64,000 bases of DNA from Methanobacteriota archaeon (lineage in GTDB: Archaea > Halobacteriota > Bog-38 > Methanoflorentales > Methanoflorentaceae). The notes below the pieces were generated by a model. The model saw nothing but the letters and a program-made list of their open reading frames with translations. It was not told the origin of the DNA and ran no database searches. Positions 61,785-64,000 of the stretch are shown here, in pieces (within the stretch, counting starts at the first letter, position 1; the number at the start of each line of letters is the position of its first letter). Made by a program: the position numbers and the translations under genes. The stretch covers positions 1,920,001-1,984,000 of the forward strand of contig OY970393.1 of NCBI GenBank assembly GCA_963720465.1, written 5' to 3'.

Positions 61785-62276
61785 CTACTCGTTGGTAGGA
61801 CCACTTTCGTTATCTGCAGATGGCGTTTGGCGGGGATCTTCAGCTTGAGGCGTCGATTCCCGACTCTCGCGTGCTACGCTGCTGGAAGTCTGTCTCCCAT
61901 TTGGTCTTGGCCGACGTTTTATTTCGCGCTCGCTCATCGTATCTCGAGAAAGCCTGTCCGTCACTACCGTGTCCCAAACCTTGCTCATGGTGATCGCGGA
62001 AACCGGGCAAATCATCGCGCACTCACTACAAAATACACAGTGTCCGACGAAGATGCGCACACTTTTCTCAGAGGCACTTGTGCGCAGTGCGATGGCTCCG
62101 GCAGGGCAGACTTTCCCACAGCGTCCACACAAGATACATTTTTCGGGATCAATAATCGGCGTACCACGGTAGGCCGCCGGGACTTCGACCTCAGACGCGC
62201 TCCGCACGGTTGCCGTCTTGCCGGCTAAGCCGACTGTAAAGGAACGTATTAAATCTTTGATAAATCCGGAAGCCAT
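61785..62276 (-). CDS. membrane hydrogenase 2x[4Fe-4S] subunit (NuoI/MbhN-like)
   Basis: YRG, CILCGRCGKVCP, CVFCSECAMICP; ATG at 62276. Confidence 0.88.
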   Translation of the reverse strand: MASGFIKDLIRSFTVGLAGKTATVRSASEVEVPAAYRGTPIIDPEKCILCGRCGKVCPAGAIALRTSASEKSVRIFVGHCVFCSECAMICPVSAITMSKVWDTVVTDRLSRDTMSEREIKRRPRPNGRQTSSSVARESRESTPQAEDPRQTPSADNESGPTNE

Positions 62277-62277
62277 T

Positions 62278-63213
62278 CTAGAGCCCCGCCCATCCGAACA
62301 GGAAGTGCATGTACCTAACGCCTGCAACGTACAAGATCAGGTCCGTGACTGCGAGTAGGGTAGGAATCGTCCAGTAATACCTGAGCACGCGGGTAACACG
62401 GGTTCTCCCGGTAGTCGCCTGCCAAAACGCAATGAAGGCACTGACGAGCAATGCAATGATCGCGAATTCAATGATAAGATTTATACCGGTCCCGAAGTGG
62501 TAGATGGCCGTTCCAAAGAACACTACTACTATAAGCGACGCGTAGAGAAATGTCTTAAGCCACTGCCCAAGTTGCAAAAGGGCGAGATTCGGTCCTGAAT
62601 ACTCGACGTATGGGCCAGAAACGATCTCAGTCTCGGCTTCAGCGATGTCAAAGGGTTGAACCGCCGCTGCGGCAGGCAATGTCCATATTGCAGCAATCGC
62701 TGCGAGCGGCAAGACGGTGATCCACGCTGTCGACGATATCGTAGTTAACTGGAACGATCCTGCCGCGAGAGCTACCGTCACCATGGCGACGATGAATGGA
62801 ACTTCGTAGGCAATGAGGAGCGCGACCTCGCGTGCAGCGCCAATGGCGCCGTATGGGCTTCCGCTGGCCGAACCGCCGAGGATCAGTGCAATTGGCGGTA
62901 TTGCGAGGAGGTAAATCACCAATATGAGGTCGCCCGCACCGACTGCAGACGCAGAGGCGGCTAAAGGTATCACTAGTGCCGCAAAGAGCATAGAGGCGAC
63001 GCTGAGGATTGGCGCGAGGTTGAAGAGCAGGGGGCTTGTCACATTCGGTGTCAAGCTCTCTTTGCCCATCAGTTTGAAGAAGTCGTAAAACGCTTGGAAG
63101 ATGCTTGGACCTTTGCGAAACTGACTGTGCGCCACGACGATACGGCGAATCCCCTGCAGTAGCAAGGCAGCAACAAAGGCATAGACCAGCACGACGACTA
63201 TTGAAGCGACCAT
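62278..63213 (-). CDS. membrane hydrogenase subunit (NuoH/MbhM-like)
   Basis: RKGP...FYDFFKLMGKE, SPYGAIGAARE, PFDIAEAETEIVSGP..EYSG. Confidence 0.9.
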   Translation of the reverse strand: MVASIVVVLVYAFVAALLLQGIRRIVVAHSQFRKGPSIFQAFYDFFKLMGKESLTPNVTSPLLFNLAPILSVASMLFAALVIPLAASASAVGAGDLILVIYLLAIPPIALILGGSASGSPYGAIGAAREVALLIAYEVPFIVAMVTVALAAGSFQLTTISSTAWITVLPLAAIAAIWTLPAAAAVQPFDIAEAETEIVSGPYVEYSGPNLALLQLGQWLKTFLYASLIVVVFFGTAIYHFGTGINLIIEFAIIALLVSAFIAFWQATTGRTRVTRVLRYYWTIPTLLAVTDLILYVAGVRYMHFLFGWAGL

Positions 63214-64000
63214 CAAATCCTCCCTGTTTTCAATTCCTGTGCACTGACGATCTTACGTCTGCCGTCCTTTATCACGGTCACCCGATCAGGTACAGCTAAA
63301 GCAGGGATCGATTGATGCGGCGATGATAGGGATATCGGCTACTTGACATCCGATGAACTTCGGCACGTAGGAGGGGATATTGGCGAGCGTCGGGGATCTG
63401 ATTTTTATTCGCTCGAAGAATCTCGTGCCATTTGTCTCGGTGTAGTGGATGAGTTCACCACGGGGGGCTTCAACTCGACCAACGCTCCGCCCTGGCGGTA
63501 TCTCATGGTCCTCAACTTGGAGCGCCCCCTCAGGCAGGTTCGCGATAAGCTCCTTAGTGAGCTGAATTGATTGTTTGAGTTCTGCTAAGCGCACCAGTGC
63601 CTGAGCCACGACATCTCCGTCTTTCGCTATCTGTGGCTCGAGATCGAAATCGCCGTACGCTGCGTACTTGCACATCACTCGCGTGTCTTCGGGAACGCCG
63701 CTCGCACGTGCATTCGGGCCCACTGCCCCTAGACGGATCGCGTCCTCTTTGCTCAGGCAGCCGACGCCCTTGCCTCGTTCTGCGATGCTGCTGTCTTTTA
63801 GAACTGCTTTAGTGATCTTCTCGGCAGTGGTGTCGAGATAGCCGAGGACACCGAGCGCGGAGCGTGCTTGTTCATCGGAGATATTCCACTTGACGCCGCC
63901 AATTTTATTGCATCCGTGCATGACCCTGTTCCCGCTCAGCATTTCGAAGAGATCCATCACCTTTTCCCGCTCGCGCCAGGTGTACATGAACAAGGTATGA
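63213..64000 (-). CDS. group 4 [NiFe]-hydrogenase large subunit (MbhL-like), 5' part outside the window; extra base at ~63289 gives an apparent stop at 63286
   Basis: GGV, GP.ARASG, EAPRGE, RSPT, SIDPCFSCT; +1 frame continues DRVTVIK...GRI* ending in a TGATG overlap with the next gene. Confidence 0.9.

Noticed and set aside
63286-63288. Selenocysteine read-through of TGA
   Set aside because: The TGA is not at a Cys ligand position, and read-through gives a non-homologous tail, unlike the +1 frame
1-64000. tRNA, rRNA or riboswitch genes
   Set aside because: None recognised by eye in intergenic regions; a tRNAscan/Infernal run is needed to exclude them

Overview
Archaeal chromosomal window. 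PolD large subunit, Orc1/Cdc6, SufCB, a DUF2769-type protein and an Mbh-like group 4 hydrogenase point, by inference, to an anaerobic euryarchaeal/Halobacteriota methanogen-like organism. Most of the window is GC-rich housekeeping and envelope genes; no rRNA, tRNA or CRISPR array was seen. Highlights: (1) a visibly AT-richer island (~19.2-29.9 kb) with a decayed RNase J-like gene and an mre11-rad50-nurA-orfX-herA operon of unusual, apparently bacterial type; (2) within that island, a 2.27-kb transposase-less element bounded by IS6-like inverted repeats, carrying an HNH nuclease, an N4/N6 DNA methyltransferase, an AbrB-like regulator and an unannotated SWIM-domain transposase relic; (3) a coupled gene pair resembling a split mini-midasin (HExxH+VWA protein and HEAT-repeat protein with two dynein-related AAA modules); (4) a radical SAM/SPASM plus B12-radical SAM pair resembling the tetraether-lipid enzymes Gms/Gmm; (5) two single-base frameshifts in the same CAGGT context (sufB and the hydrogenase large subunit), probably systematic sequencing errors. 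All family assignments come from motif recognition only; no database search was run.
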